From Styela clava (Eukaryota), in assembly GCF_964204865.1 (NCBI RefSeq), contig NC_135258.1, positions 10,478,001 through 10,542,000 on the forward strand: a DNA stretch of 64,000 nucleotides, in the 5' to 3' direction. The notes below the pieces were generated by a model. It saw only the letters and a list, made by a program, of their open reading frames with translations. It was not told where the DNA came from and made no database searches. Made by a program: the position numbers and the translations under genes. Below are positions 37,801-49,800 of this stretch, piece by piece; the stretch's first letter is position 1, and each line of letters starts with the position of its first letter.

Positions 37801-40800
37801 TTTACGTGAGCGATGATGTATGCTCATCGAGTTATATATACAAACATTTTTAAATGAATATTGTCGTTAAAACAATTGTACCGTCTTTGCGGAAAACTAG
37901 ATCATATAGATATAAACAACAAAATATTATGTATTCGCTATGAACACGCAAAATTAATCCAAAACACATTCGTATCGTACTCTATTTCAGTTCTTTTTGA
38001 GCTCGAGATATTTGAGACTTGGCGTCTGCTGCTATTATTAGAACAAATGGGCTTCATAATAAAATGAGATTAATTAACCACTAATGAACGCTTATCAGAT
38101 ACGGATATCAGTAGGTTAAAATGGTTATTACATAGTTCTGGTCTGTTCAGAGAAATCAGATTTGGATAAAATGCACCAGCCATCTGAGGCTGATTTATAG
38201 CATGTAAAATGAATTGCATTTCAACACTACTCTTACAACTCACTAGTTAGTTTGGCAGTAGAAGTGTTCGTTTCAGATACATATATTATATCGCGAAGGT
38301 AATATTTTCACATAACGTTTATCTTTAATGGAAATATCTATTACCTAAAATTGTCGTTGCTCTTTTATGTCCTCGTTAGGGATCGCTTGTTTTTCATAAG
38401 TTATAGCGAGATAGGAAACCAAAATAGTCGTTCAATTCGTATAAAAATATTCTCTTAGATGTTACCTGCCCAATGCATCACAAAGAAAGCGTTGATCGAT
38501 TCCCGTCTACCTTTGTCGAGGTTAATGGATAATAATAATACAAAATTTCATTTTGAAGGACGTATTGTTTTTTTTTTTCAGTTACTGTGGTTACCTAAAT
38601 CGTTGGAAAAAGTGCAGAAACCGGATTGTCCGTCTAAAATGGTGCCCGGGGTCAAATTAGCACGTAGTATGTCAGTGACCCATCCCTTATTCAATGTGGG
38701 CGCAACCACATAGTGGAAATCAGATCTGTATCTTGGATAACAAAGTTCTCTAGTCACCAAATGATACATGCTTGCAGCCATTGTTTTAGTTCGGCTCGAC
38801 TTCAATGTGGTGATACAGCTACGAAATATCATTAGTAATTAATTGTGTATAGATCGCACATGTAGTTTGGCTGAATATTGCAAACGGCCACTACCCTCCC
38901 ATTTTTCGAACTTCGCGGTCCATCGAAGGACTGGAATGTTGGTTGCCGACCGACCGTTTTGTGTGCGTACTTCGATGCCACGCCATGCGAAGTGAAGTGA
39001 AAAGACAACTGAGGCAGACTGAAATATTTCAACTTCCCAAAACTCACGTTCCGCTTTGTTTTGGAATTCCAATATGGTTCCGTCTTTGCTAATCATTTAG
39101 TTTATAATTTGAATTTAATCATTTTGCCTCGAAAACGGTGACGTGTTCCACTATTTTGGGTGATTTGATATTGAACCTTTACAATTCCCTGTCGGTGAAA
39201 TACGTAAAAAATCAGATACAAATTAAAAAAATTTTCTTTTAAAATAGCGCTCAGGTACATTCTACTAAAAATAGTTTATGTGGTCGTCTCACATCGCGAA
39301 TCACTAAATATGATATTTGCATGAAACTTGACCCTTTCAATGAAATATGTTCACCAGGCGCAATGCCAATTTGTGATTTTTATTTTTCTCAGTAACAAGT
39401 ATGTTCATACGAATTAAGAGTACCTTTAAACATATACCATCCTCTCCCAGGAATGTTTAACTATTGACTTTGAAGTTCAATGGGTCCGAATTGTTTTGAG
39501 TACTTTAGCCCATGGTTTTTGCACTGTCGACATATCGGCGTGGAGAAATGTCAAAATAACATTGCTCATTTTACGCCTGCACGAGAGGTTTGCAACGCCA
39601 TATGAGTTCTCAAAATGAAATTGTTAAGCGAGAAATACCCTTGCGGTCACAAATAACGCTAATAACATTCGACCTAATGTAATTTTTATATTAAAAATTA
39701 ACCGAAATGAATAAATTCAGTAGTGTTTCTAAAATAAGCTATATTGAGTGATGGATTTGTTGATGTTCTTAGGTTGTAGTTTGACAAAAACTCAGTTATG
39801 TTTGGAATAAAACATCTAACAGTTGACACACATATTTTTGACAAAGATATACCACCAGTCTCTTATTTTGTCACTAATCCTCATACCATTCTTATTTGAT
39901 CAAACATGGTCGCAAAATATAATTCTCCCTACCTATGCTACATAGTTTGTAGGATTATGACTTGTTCAATTGAATTAAGCTGAAGTCTTTGTGAGTGCTT
40001 CAAGGCGCGGTAAATGGTTGAACATGTAATTTTGTTTAATTAAGAAAACTCCGTCTCTTTGATAGTTCAACTTATAGAACTACACAGTTCGTTTCTTGGG
40101 CCAAACCTCAACCAAGTCTAAAATATTTAGTAGAATAAGCCTTGCCTGGTTTAACAAGCATCAAGGTTTATTACTATCATAATAATCGTATGAAATATGA
40201 AAGTAATATATGATAAGTGAATTATTAATGAGACTTGTGTTGTGGTGTAATGACATCACTGTTTAAATTGGCACTTTCGTCCATCATTTGTGACATAATA
40301 TGTTTGAATACACACCTGAATGGGGTTCATTAATAATAATTTTGAAGTAATTGTGGTTTGCTTGACTAAATTGTTTTCGAATGAATTTTGGTTGAATGAA
40401 GTCATATAGTGAGGTATTGGTTAAAACGGCAAATACGAAAAATATTTAATAATAATGTTTTTATCTCCAAAAGAGGAATGGTTTGTTTTTCCATTTCAAA
40501 AATGTTCATAGCATGAATAAATATAGAAGATCATTTTTTTTCAAGAAACAAAGACGATACTAATACAAATTCTAAATGAGACAAACATGCAACTGCTTTA
40601 AACAATGACTAATATATTGCATGGGAGAAAACATTTAAGTGTTATATGAATAGTATCTTGCACTTTTTCCTGACATATGATATTGGTACTATGAGCTTTT
40701 GAACTTTGGAATAATAATTGTTATTATTTTACATGCCATCCCATTAAACTATGAATAGGAACCAAATAATAGTAGTTAATAAGGACTCTTTTTGAATCAA

Positions 40801-43800
40801 CTGATTAGGAAAAAAAAGTTCATTCAAATTCATAATTTTTGTATGGAATTTATTCTGAGCAAGAACCTTAAACAGCAATTTATTGTTTTGTCCAGAATTA
40901 ACTTTAAATGCAAATATTATCATAATATACAGTAATTTTTTTTTTGATGTGAATTTTGCGATTCATCATTTTAAAAAGATTCAATAAATTAACTAATCAA
41001 AGTCATTTATTATTTGTAACATTATAAATTCTAACATGATATAATCCCTAATATCAGTCATATATTATAAATGATTTTAAACTCCAATTAAACGCTCCAT
41101 TTCCTGAGATTATGAACTGGATTATAACTATTTGCATGTTTGATCCCTTGAACATGAACTCAGGTGGGGTAATAACAGTATTCATTGAAGTTTTTTCGAT
41201 TTTCTTAAAATGCTGTGTTTCTAGTAAACAGTATAAGCTGCACAAACCTCTGTTCTGTCTGACTGGATCAATTTTTGAGATATGTTTTGCAATTTTGCTT
41301 CGTTATACTCAAAACCATGTCTTTAGCTCAATTTTTGGATTACCTTAATCTCCTAGTTTTGGATTTTTGCTACAACGTAATAGGGCAATTGGTAACATTT
41401 AACAAATGTTATATAAATCTATGATAAATTTGAAAGATTTTGTGTATGGATAAATTAGATATGTGTTAAAGTTGATATAAAAATATGCCTGTATTTCACA
41501 GAGCATTTTTTAAAATCATGGGACTTTGAAACATTTTTTATAAATAGGTGGTGTAGGGGGCGGGGCGCATGCATGAGAAATATAAAAGTATATTGGTTGA
41601 AGTAATTCGCAAATTTTTAATGAAATAAATGGTGGTGAACACTTTTTATAAGAATGCCTATGATTCAAATGCCAGACATAAAAATGTACATACACTTTGG
41701 AATCAGTGGTTAACAATTTTCCATGATCGATTCAAATGAGTATATTATTCATTGACATTAGATTCATAATGACACTAGATTTTGTCTGAAGTGGAAATTT
41801 GTCAGCATTTGTTGTCTGTTAAAATTCGATAGTAGCACAATATCCAACCACTTCAAAAGACATTCTCATTGAAACTGATATATTGACAAAAGCATGGCGT
41901 TTTCATGTCTTGAACATTTTCACAAGCACTATTCATGTCTTAGTATTTGTATTCTTATGGATTAGGTTTCCTTCTTTTTGACGACAGTCGACTAAATGGT
42001 GTAATTAAGCAGGGGGCAGTCAATTCCCAGGTCACTTTGTGGTGTAATCAATCCAAAGCAGTAACAGGATACTAAACTCAGTTGAGACTCTATCACCAGA
42101 CAATTTTCTGTCTTGATACTCAATGTTCTGATGTTTACATAAGAATTTTCACCACATAGTATTTTAAAATCTATAAGGTTGTGAATATTTTCAAGTAAAA
42201 AAGCACTTTTCAATTACAAAAAAATAATTCTATTAATCATAGTTACCGGTATGTTAAAAACACAAAACCTGAAATGATATTTATATGATTAAAATGCCAT
42301 TCAATAATAATGTGCCGAAACTCTCATATATATATATATAAAATAGTATAAATTAATAATATCTGCTCCTATTTGCATTGAAAATCCATTGGTAACATTG
42401 TTCACATTTCTTTACATATCAGATTATTTAGAGTGAAGCCCTCACCTTAAGTGATTTAAACTACTGATATATAAAATTGTAAAAAAAACAACTGATATGA
42501 TGTTATATGTTTTAATTGATTTAAGAAATACTTAATCAATGTCATAATTTATATTTCATTTGTTACAGGAATGAAAATTGAGGAGGAACCTAAAAAGAAA
42601 CAAGGTGAGGGAAACAATTATGTTCAGTCTACTGATACAGAATATTAAACATTCTTCTCTTTGTGAACATTGTGGTGACTCAAGGTTGACCTGTCTGATA
42701 AGGTCAGCCAAGATAAGCAAAAAGCTGATAATATAATACAATTGTAAACATAAAAGTTATTTCAAATGGTGTAATGCTCTAAGCAGGGTTATAAACAATT
42801 TTTCATGAATAGAAAACTTTTGTATACACTGGCGTTCTCTTATAGTGTAACAAAGTCAAAGTAAATGTTTGGTTGAATGAATAACAATATGTTATCATTC
42901 ATATTCATTTGATATATTGTTTGACATATTTTTTTTAATATTTTAGCATTTGACATGTAGCTGTAAGGCCGTGAAATTAATCAGTAAAATAATCTATCCA
43001 TTTATTTGCATTAATTTGGAATTACACCTCATTCCTTGACATTTACACAATAACATTTATCAATGCCGAAATAATAGTTTTTCTAGTCATGTTATGAATA
43101 TATCTCATATTGAGAATCTTTCATTACACTGTAATTTGATTTTAGAATTTAAAATGTTTTGCACGATAAATTTTTACGAAAATTCAGTTCAACTTGAGCC
43201 AGGAAGTGTCTACTTGTGTTGTGTATTCATATTACAATTATGTGCAATATAACACTTATTGTTTTATTTCAGACCCGTGTCTCATGGTTTTGTGTGGCTT
43301 CGAAGCAAAATGTGAAGCTTCAGCAAATGGAACTGCCACCTGTGTTTGTCCTAAAGTTACTTGTGGCAAGTCGCCAGACTCTTCGGATATCTTTGCTCCA
43401 GTTTGTGGATCAGATGGAGTTACTTACTCCAGTGAATGCAGACTGAAAGCATCTGAATGTTGGTCACAGCGAAGAATTAGAATTGTTTCACGAAGACCTT
43501 GCAGTAAGTTCTTTTTCAACCAATGCCAAATAAGAAACCAGGAATTTTTCTGTTTAATTGAAGTTATGTGAATAGTGGTCCTTAATTACAAGTTCATTTC
43601 AAACTGTTAACATAAATTTACTATGCATCTGTGTAGTTCCTTATTTTTCTGAACTTTTGTAATGGTTTGGTAAGACCACCCACCATGATATTATTAGCAG
43701 CCATGGATCAACCCGATCAACCACATTGAGAAAAATACGTTTATAGTCATACACTATCTACAATGTAAAGATTTAATTTATAAAGGTTTGTTTGAGTTCT

Positions 43801-46800
43801 ATGTCCCTTGGGTTAATTTTTGTGAAAAAAACAAAAAAGTGTTTGTGATACACCTTCCCCCTGCAATTTGATATGTCGGCATGGTGAGTGATACTGATTT
43901 GTAACGTGGTTTATGGTTTAAACAAAAAGGTTTTGTTCTCAAATGTTTGAGAATAACAACAGTATCTTTCAGATATTGTGTATCGTGCAACTTTTCAGGG
44001 ATATTGAGTGGTATAATTGTTATAAATAACATTTTCTTCCACTTAGCAAACAATCGCCGAGCATGGTCCAGTCAACTTGGTTTAAAAACATATTTCTATC
44101 CCCCTGGGCCACCATACCAGCATTTCTGTTATGAGTTTGTTTTTGTGGCTTTAAGGGGAAACACGCTAATTGATGATTGCGTGCCAGTTGTCAATTCATT
44201 TATTTATATACCGATATCTGGTCACTAAGTGATGAACGAATGTCAAAGTTTACTTTTGTTATATTTGTTATTTCAAATTATTTTCTCTTGGATTACTAAT
44301 ATTTACACCTTAATTGATTGTTTTCATATCAGAATCAACAAATTATTTTGACATTCTCGAATGTTTTTATTTGCAAGAAATCATTTATAAACAATTTCCT
44401 AATGACTAATTTCTTCCTTTATGATGTTGTTTTTGATACCAATGAATTCATTCTCTCCATAATAAATCAATGCTGTTTAAATAAACTGACATGTACAAGA
44501 CTAAAAACTCAATTCCTTGTGAATTTTACTTGAACATATAAAATAAATTTCATTTGTATATGTATTATTACTAAACTTTGAGTCGAATGGTCCATATTAT
44601 TCCATACACTCATGTAAGGCGTCTTTTCCAATTCTTGTGCAGGGTGTGAGAATCCCTCAATTCCGGAAAATGATCTTAGCTTGTAGATTTAATTTGACAA
44701 AGTTGTGGATTGATTCCTGTTATTTATGACTCTTCCACCCTAAGCAAACATTATTCTATACCATGGAATTTTATCTTGTCTGCTTCAACCAATCAATCAA
44801 AGTTTGAACTCAGTTTCTCGCAGTTGCTGACTTTGATTTAGATCAATGTCAATATTTATTTATACTTAATTTTAGTTACCTAGTTCTCAATCATCAGAAC
44901 ACTTAAAACTCAACTTATTCCATATTTGATTTATTAATTTTTAATCCTTGTGAATTAAGTTTCCGTAATTCCTGATTGGATTTCAATTCATAAATCATTG
45001 TTTTTACTGAGAATTTAGTTTATAACCAGACAAAATTATGTATCATAATTTCATCATCATAGATTGTAGCACCTCATTTGGTTGCCAGCCAAAGTCAAGT
45101 ATGTGGATACTCAATACCCTATATCCCAATAATTTCAGCTTGTAAACTATATTGAAATTATTGGACAATTTATCGAACTTTATTCTCCATAATTATTTCA
45201 AGTAGCTTGTTGATGATGTAGTATTTTAAAGGGCTAAGAAATCATCATGCAAAACCTAAGTTTTCACATCAGACATTTTACTTTACTACTTACCACCTTC
45301 AACAGCTGAGTGTGAAAGCGCAGGCAGAAACTCTCCTGCTTGTAAAAATCATCCTCGTACTGGCACAATTGAAAGGAGGCTGGAAACTACCGCTTCCCAA
45401 CCAACAACAACATGTATGGGTTGATTGCTTGTGTCATGTTCCGTTGAGTGTGCTTGATTCGATGTTAGTAGTTGTGTTTTAGTGTTGTTTTGTTTGGAAT
45501 CATTCATCTTAGACAACCAGTTTGTAGATTTACTTTTTTAGTAGGCTAATTTTAGAACTTCAGTAAAAACGTTCAGTAGAATATTGATGTTTATGGTATT
45601 AAAGTGGTTTACTGAATCTAATTGATCAGTTGATAAAAGGTAGATTAGTTATTCATCTTTCTTATCTTTTGTATAAATTCTGCAAGGTAAAATCTTATCT
45701 CGTCAATTACTTATTATTCATGTTCATCTATCAACCTATATTTATTCTTGAGGCAGCATTCATTGTATGTTTATCTGTTCATTGAAACTTTCTTTAAATT
45801 CTATTTCGTCACATTCATCTTGTTAAAAGTCTTGCATCCATGATAGTTTGCATGATATGGTTTCATATGTAGATGTCTTGATTTTTTTCAATGTTTGATT
45901 TTGTTGTGATAGCTTAACTCTATGTTGTATTCCTACTTCGAAAAGTTAGTTGAGCTTGTTTTAATGTAGTTAGTGTCAGCTTTATATAGCAAAGGAAAGT
46001 ATATAACAGTTAATGACAAGGAGCATTTTTGCCTTTGTCAATAATTTTTTAATGAAATCACTATATAAACATGATAAATGAGATATCCGGTAACCAGTGT
46101 TAAGTTTAAAGTTTACAACATATTCTTGATGAAAAGAATTGTGAAGTTGACCAATTTGGTTTTGGAATTTGATACTATAAATAAATTCCAAATATTTCAA
46201 ATACTTGTAAGTGTATCAATAACAAAAAATGAAAATCCTATTATAATATGCGATCCATTTGTTAGAATAGGGTTCATTATAAAAGCTTATTGTAAATTAC
46301 TGGTACATATCATATTTTTTTCTACTGTAAAATAAATTTTAGTTTGTTTATGCTGGTCTGAGCCTAACCTCATTATCCTAACTACACTTTGAGTTCACTT
46401 TAGTTAGCCTTATTTTCTTTATGGTCAGGTAGACTGATGAACAATATTGAATGTTAAATACTGGAAACAAAAACAGTAGAAATATTTTTGCAATCTTTCT
46501 GCCCTTTTGAGCTCATAATCTGGTAATTTAGTCAGAATAAATGAGTAAATTATGATCGACATCGTAAAAACTCAAAATTTTGGTTCCGCTATGCAGTTCG
46601 GCACCAAGTGGCTTCTGCAAAAAGGTTATATTTGTGTAGTCGTGTTCAAATACTTGTATATAACAAAGAGTAAAATTTTTCTTTATACACAATCTATTCA
46701 CCATGTTTATTTAATCTTAATATAATATGATAGAGACTGGCTATGACGTACTGGATGTTGCAGCTTTGCAAGTACCCTTGTTTTTTGTAGACTCATTGTT

Positions 46801-49800
46801 CGCTTTACTAAATCTATTTTGTTGTTACTTATTGTGTAACTTGTGAGTTTGCCTAAATCTGTTTGCGTTTGTCTATGAGTTCTGCTTTGATGCTTGCTTT
46901 GTGTAAATATGAGTAATATAACATCTCGTGCATCGTGCCCATTTAATTGGTTTAGTGTAATTTTCTTTGCTTATCTTTTAAATGTGGACTTCTGTTTTTG
47001 TTAATACTAATGTTGTGGTTCGTCATGTTTTTTTTTGAAAAATAATGTATACTATATATAATATGTAGCTTATTGCATTAGTGCGATAGTATATATATAT
47101 ATATATTGTATCATGAACCAATTTTCTCTTTTCAAAATAACTCATCGATATAAGATTTTGCTAAATTAACATATTATTTCGATAACATTTATAGTTCAAT
47201 ATAATCACGATCACACACAAGCAATGTCATAAAAATATTCACCTGTAACTATGATGTTTACTTTTTGAGATAGAAATTGGATAATCACTATTATGACCTG
47301 ATGTTCAGTGATAGCCGAATTCTATTATTAATTTTCCTATTTTTATGTTTTCAGCTCCAGTACAGGAAACCGATCCATGCAAAGGTGTCATCTGTGGTAA
47401 TATGGCAAAATGTGTTGTAGTGGATGGTATGGGAAAATGCCAATGCCATTCTTGTGACAATGCAATGACCAAGCCAGTATGTGGTTCTGACCAAAAATCT
47501 TACCGCTCAGAATGTGACTTGAGACGGGCTGCATGCGAACATTCCCAGAGTCTAAAAGTCCTCAGACGAGCACCATGTGGTAAGTTTTAGATAATTTGAC
47601 AACCTACATGACTTTAGTCAATTGGAATTTTATGCCAGTGCAATTTCTTGTAATTTTAAACCAATATTGTTGTGATTTCTCATCGATAACATTCAACATC
47701 ATTGTCATATCTCAATGATTTGCCCAAATTTCATTGTCAAGTTCAGCACCTGAAATTATAGACACTGTGTAAAACAATTATTTATTTTGCTTTATATGAT
47801 TCTGTTGTTTGATTTGAGTGATACATTAATAAAATTCAATGCCTTAGGAACAGTATTTTTGGTTAGTGTTTGCATGCCCACATCTTATTCTGCTTTTTTC
47901 TAATATTTGCCTAAATGAAATTATCTTTATTTATCACCGGATGAAATAAAATTGGACTAAATTTGCTGAGGAGGTGTTTGCAATCATTTTGAATCTTTAA
48001 CTTTATTATGTCAGTATGAAATTATTTTGTTATTGGTGCTTATAGAATTGGTAGTGTTCAAATTTTCAATCGAATGGTTGAATGAAAATAAATAATTCCC
48101 ACACAGTTATATTAGGACAAATTACAAGGAGTTGGGTGGGTTTGCTCCAAGATAAGAATCATTTCCGGTGTATGTACCATGATATCCCATTAAGAGTCAT
48201 AATCACAATAAATTAGTAATTTGCACTTGAGGGCTCTTGACTTTCCTTTTGTTTGCAAGATGTCTGCATCGTATCTCAAAATATGTTTGATAATACACTT
48301 TAAGAGTTAGTGGTATAGTCTGTTATGTTGCACATTATCTTTTTCGCAATTCCAAGATGCTTGAAGTCTATGTTGGCAAACATTATCTGTTTACCATGCA
48401 TACAAAATTATAACTTGGTACATTTTGTTCTCTTGTATTTCCTCCTCAGTGGGCAAAATATAAAATGCTTACGATATTAAATATCCATTATTATGCCTAG
48501 TATCTATGGGTATAACGACTAATATTTATTTATCTTGTTTTGTATGTTACTTGCTGTATTTGCAGTCATTTAGTAAATGGTAATAATATCATTGTATCAC
48601 CTATCAATTGCTGGACTCCTCTTCATCGTAGTGTGGTTCACGTAACCGCTGGTCAGTTAGCAGCGTCCACTCCTCCATTCGTCCATGCATCTGAAACAAA
48701 TATTTGGTTAACTAATCCCATACTTGACATGGGCTGGTAACCATACCAGAGGCCATGGCTTGCTATATGGTTAAGCCATCTTATCGGCTTTCCTTTTCCC
48801 CGAGATAAATATGTAATTCCTATTATATCATAATACATTTATGTTTATGCAATTTGATCAGAGGAATATAAAATGTTACGTAGAACCAAATCGAACTTAC
48901 AACTTGTCTTTAAAAACATGATTTGCTGGTTTAGATCCATGCGAAGTTTACAATGAAAAAAACAAATCATTTGAGCCTTTATGTGAGGGATCATGCAGTT
49001 TGGATGTTGAAGGAAATCCTCAATGCTGTGATTCAATTGAATGTGAACCATCTAGTGAAGAAATGATGGTGTGTGGAAGTGATGGAAGAACATACATGTC
49101 GAAATGTGCATTACAAAAATATTCTTGTAAAATTGGAAGAGATATATCACAAGTATCTTTGGGTTCTTGTCCATCTCCAAGAGGTAAGTGAATAGTCTGA
49201 TGAAAAAGCAAGTAATTTTGTTTGTTTGTAGGATCGGTTCGTCACGGCAAAATTTCAGCCAATTCTGCATTTTTTTCATGTGCATTGTGTCAATGACTAA
49301 AAAGACAAAATTAATTTTAAGATGAAGGTTTATATTTTGTCCATAAATTTTTGCATAAGACTCAGTTAAACATTACATATAAAAAATTGGCATCTGTCTT
49401 ATTCTCATTTGAAGCACAACAAATGAACAATGAAAGTTTTTCGAATTGTTCTTGACAGAACAAAAGTGGCTTTGTTGTGGTTTTTATGATGGTTGTCTAA
49501 ATACAGCTTCTATTTGCTTTATGAACATAAGCAAATGCCAAAGCATTATCATAAAAGATATCTTGTAAGATATCATTGTCGTTTAAGTGATATATTGTTT
49601 ACACATACAGCAGTATAGTAAAACATCACTATCCCATGAACATTTGGTTGAAAATTGATCTTGCAAAGATCTTCCAATGTTTTCAATATCTATCTATATA
49701 GTTAATATTTCATTGACAAAACTTATTACCAACTCTTACACAAAGCTTGCGATTATGTGATATAATGTTAGAATTATGAATAACATCTAAATTTACATGA

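Noticed and set aside
38578-39096. Overlapping minus-strand ORFs as a nested antisense gene
   Set aside because: No recognisable motif or consistent exon chain; explained by locally higher GC.
41112-41348. [13 protein letters not shown]... with a phase-1 donor CAG|gtgggg as an alternative first exon
   Set aside because: Weak donor and no convincing signal peptide or TM segment before it.
46734-46850. Possible phase-1 exon [13 protein letters not shown]... in the FS1-FS2 intron
   Set aside because: Poor acceptor, no phase-compatible donor, runs into a stop in T-rich sequence.
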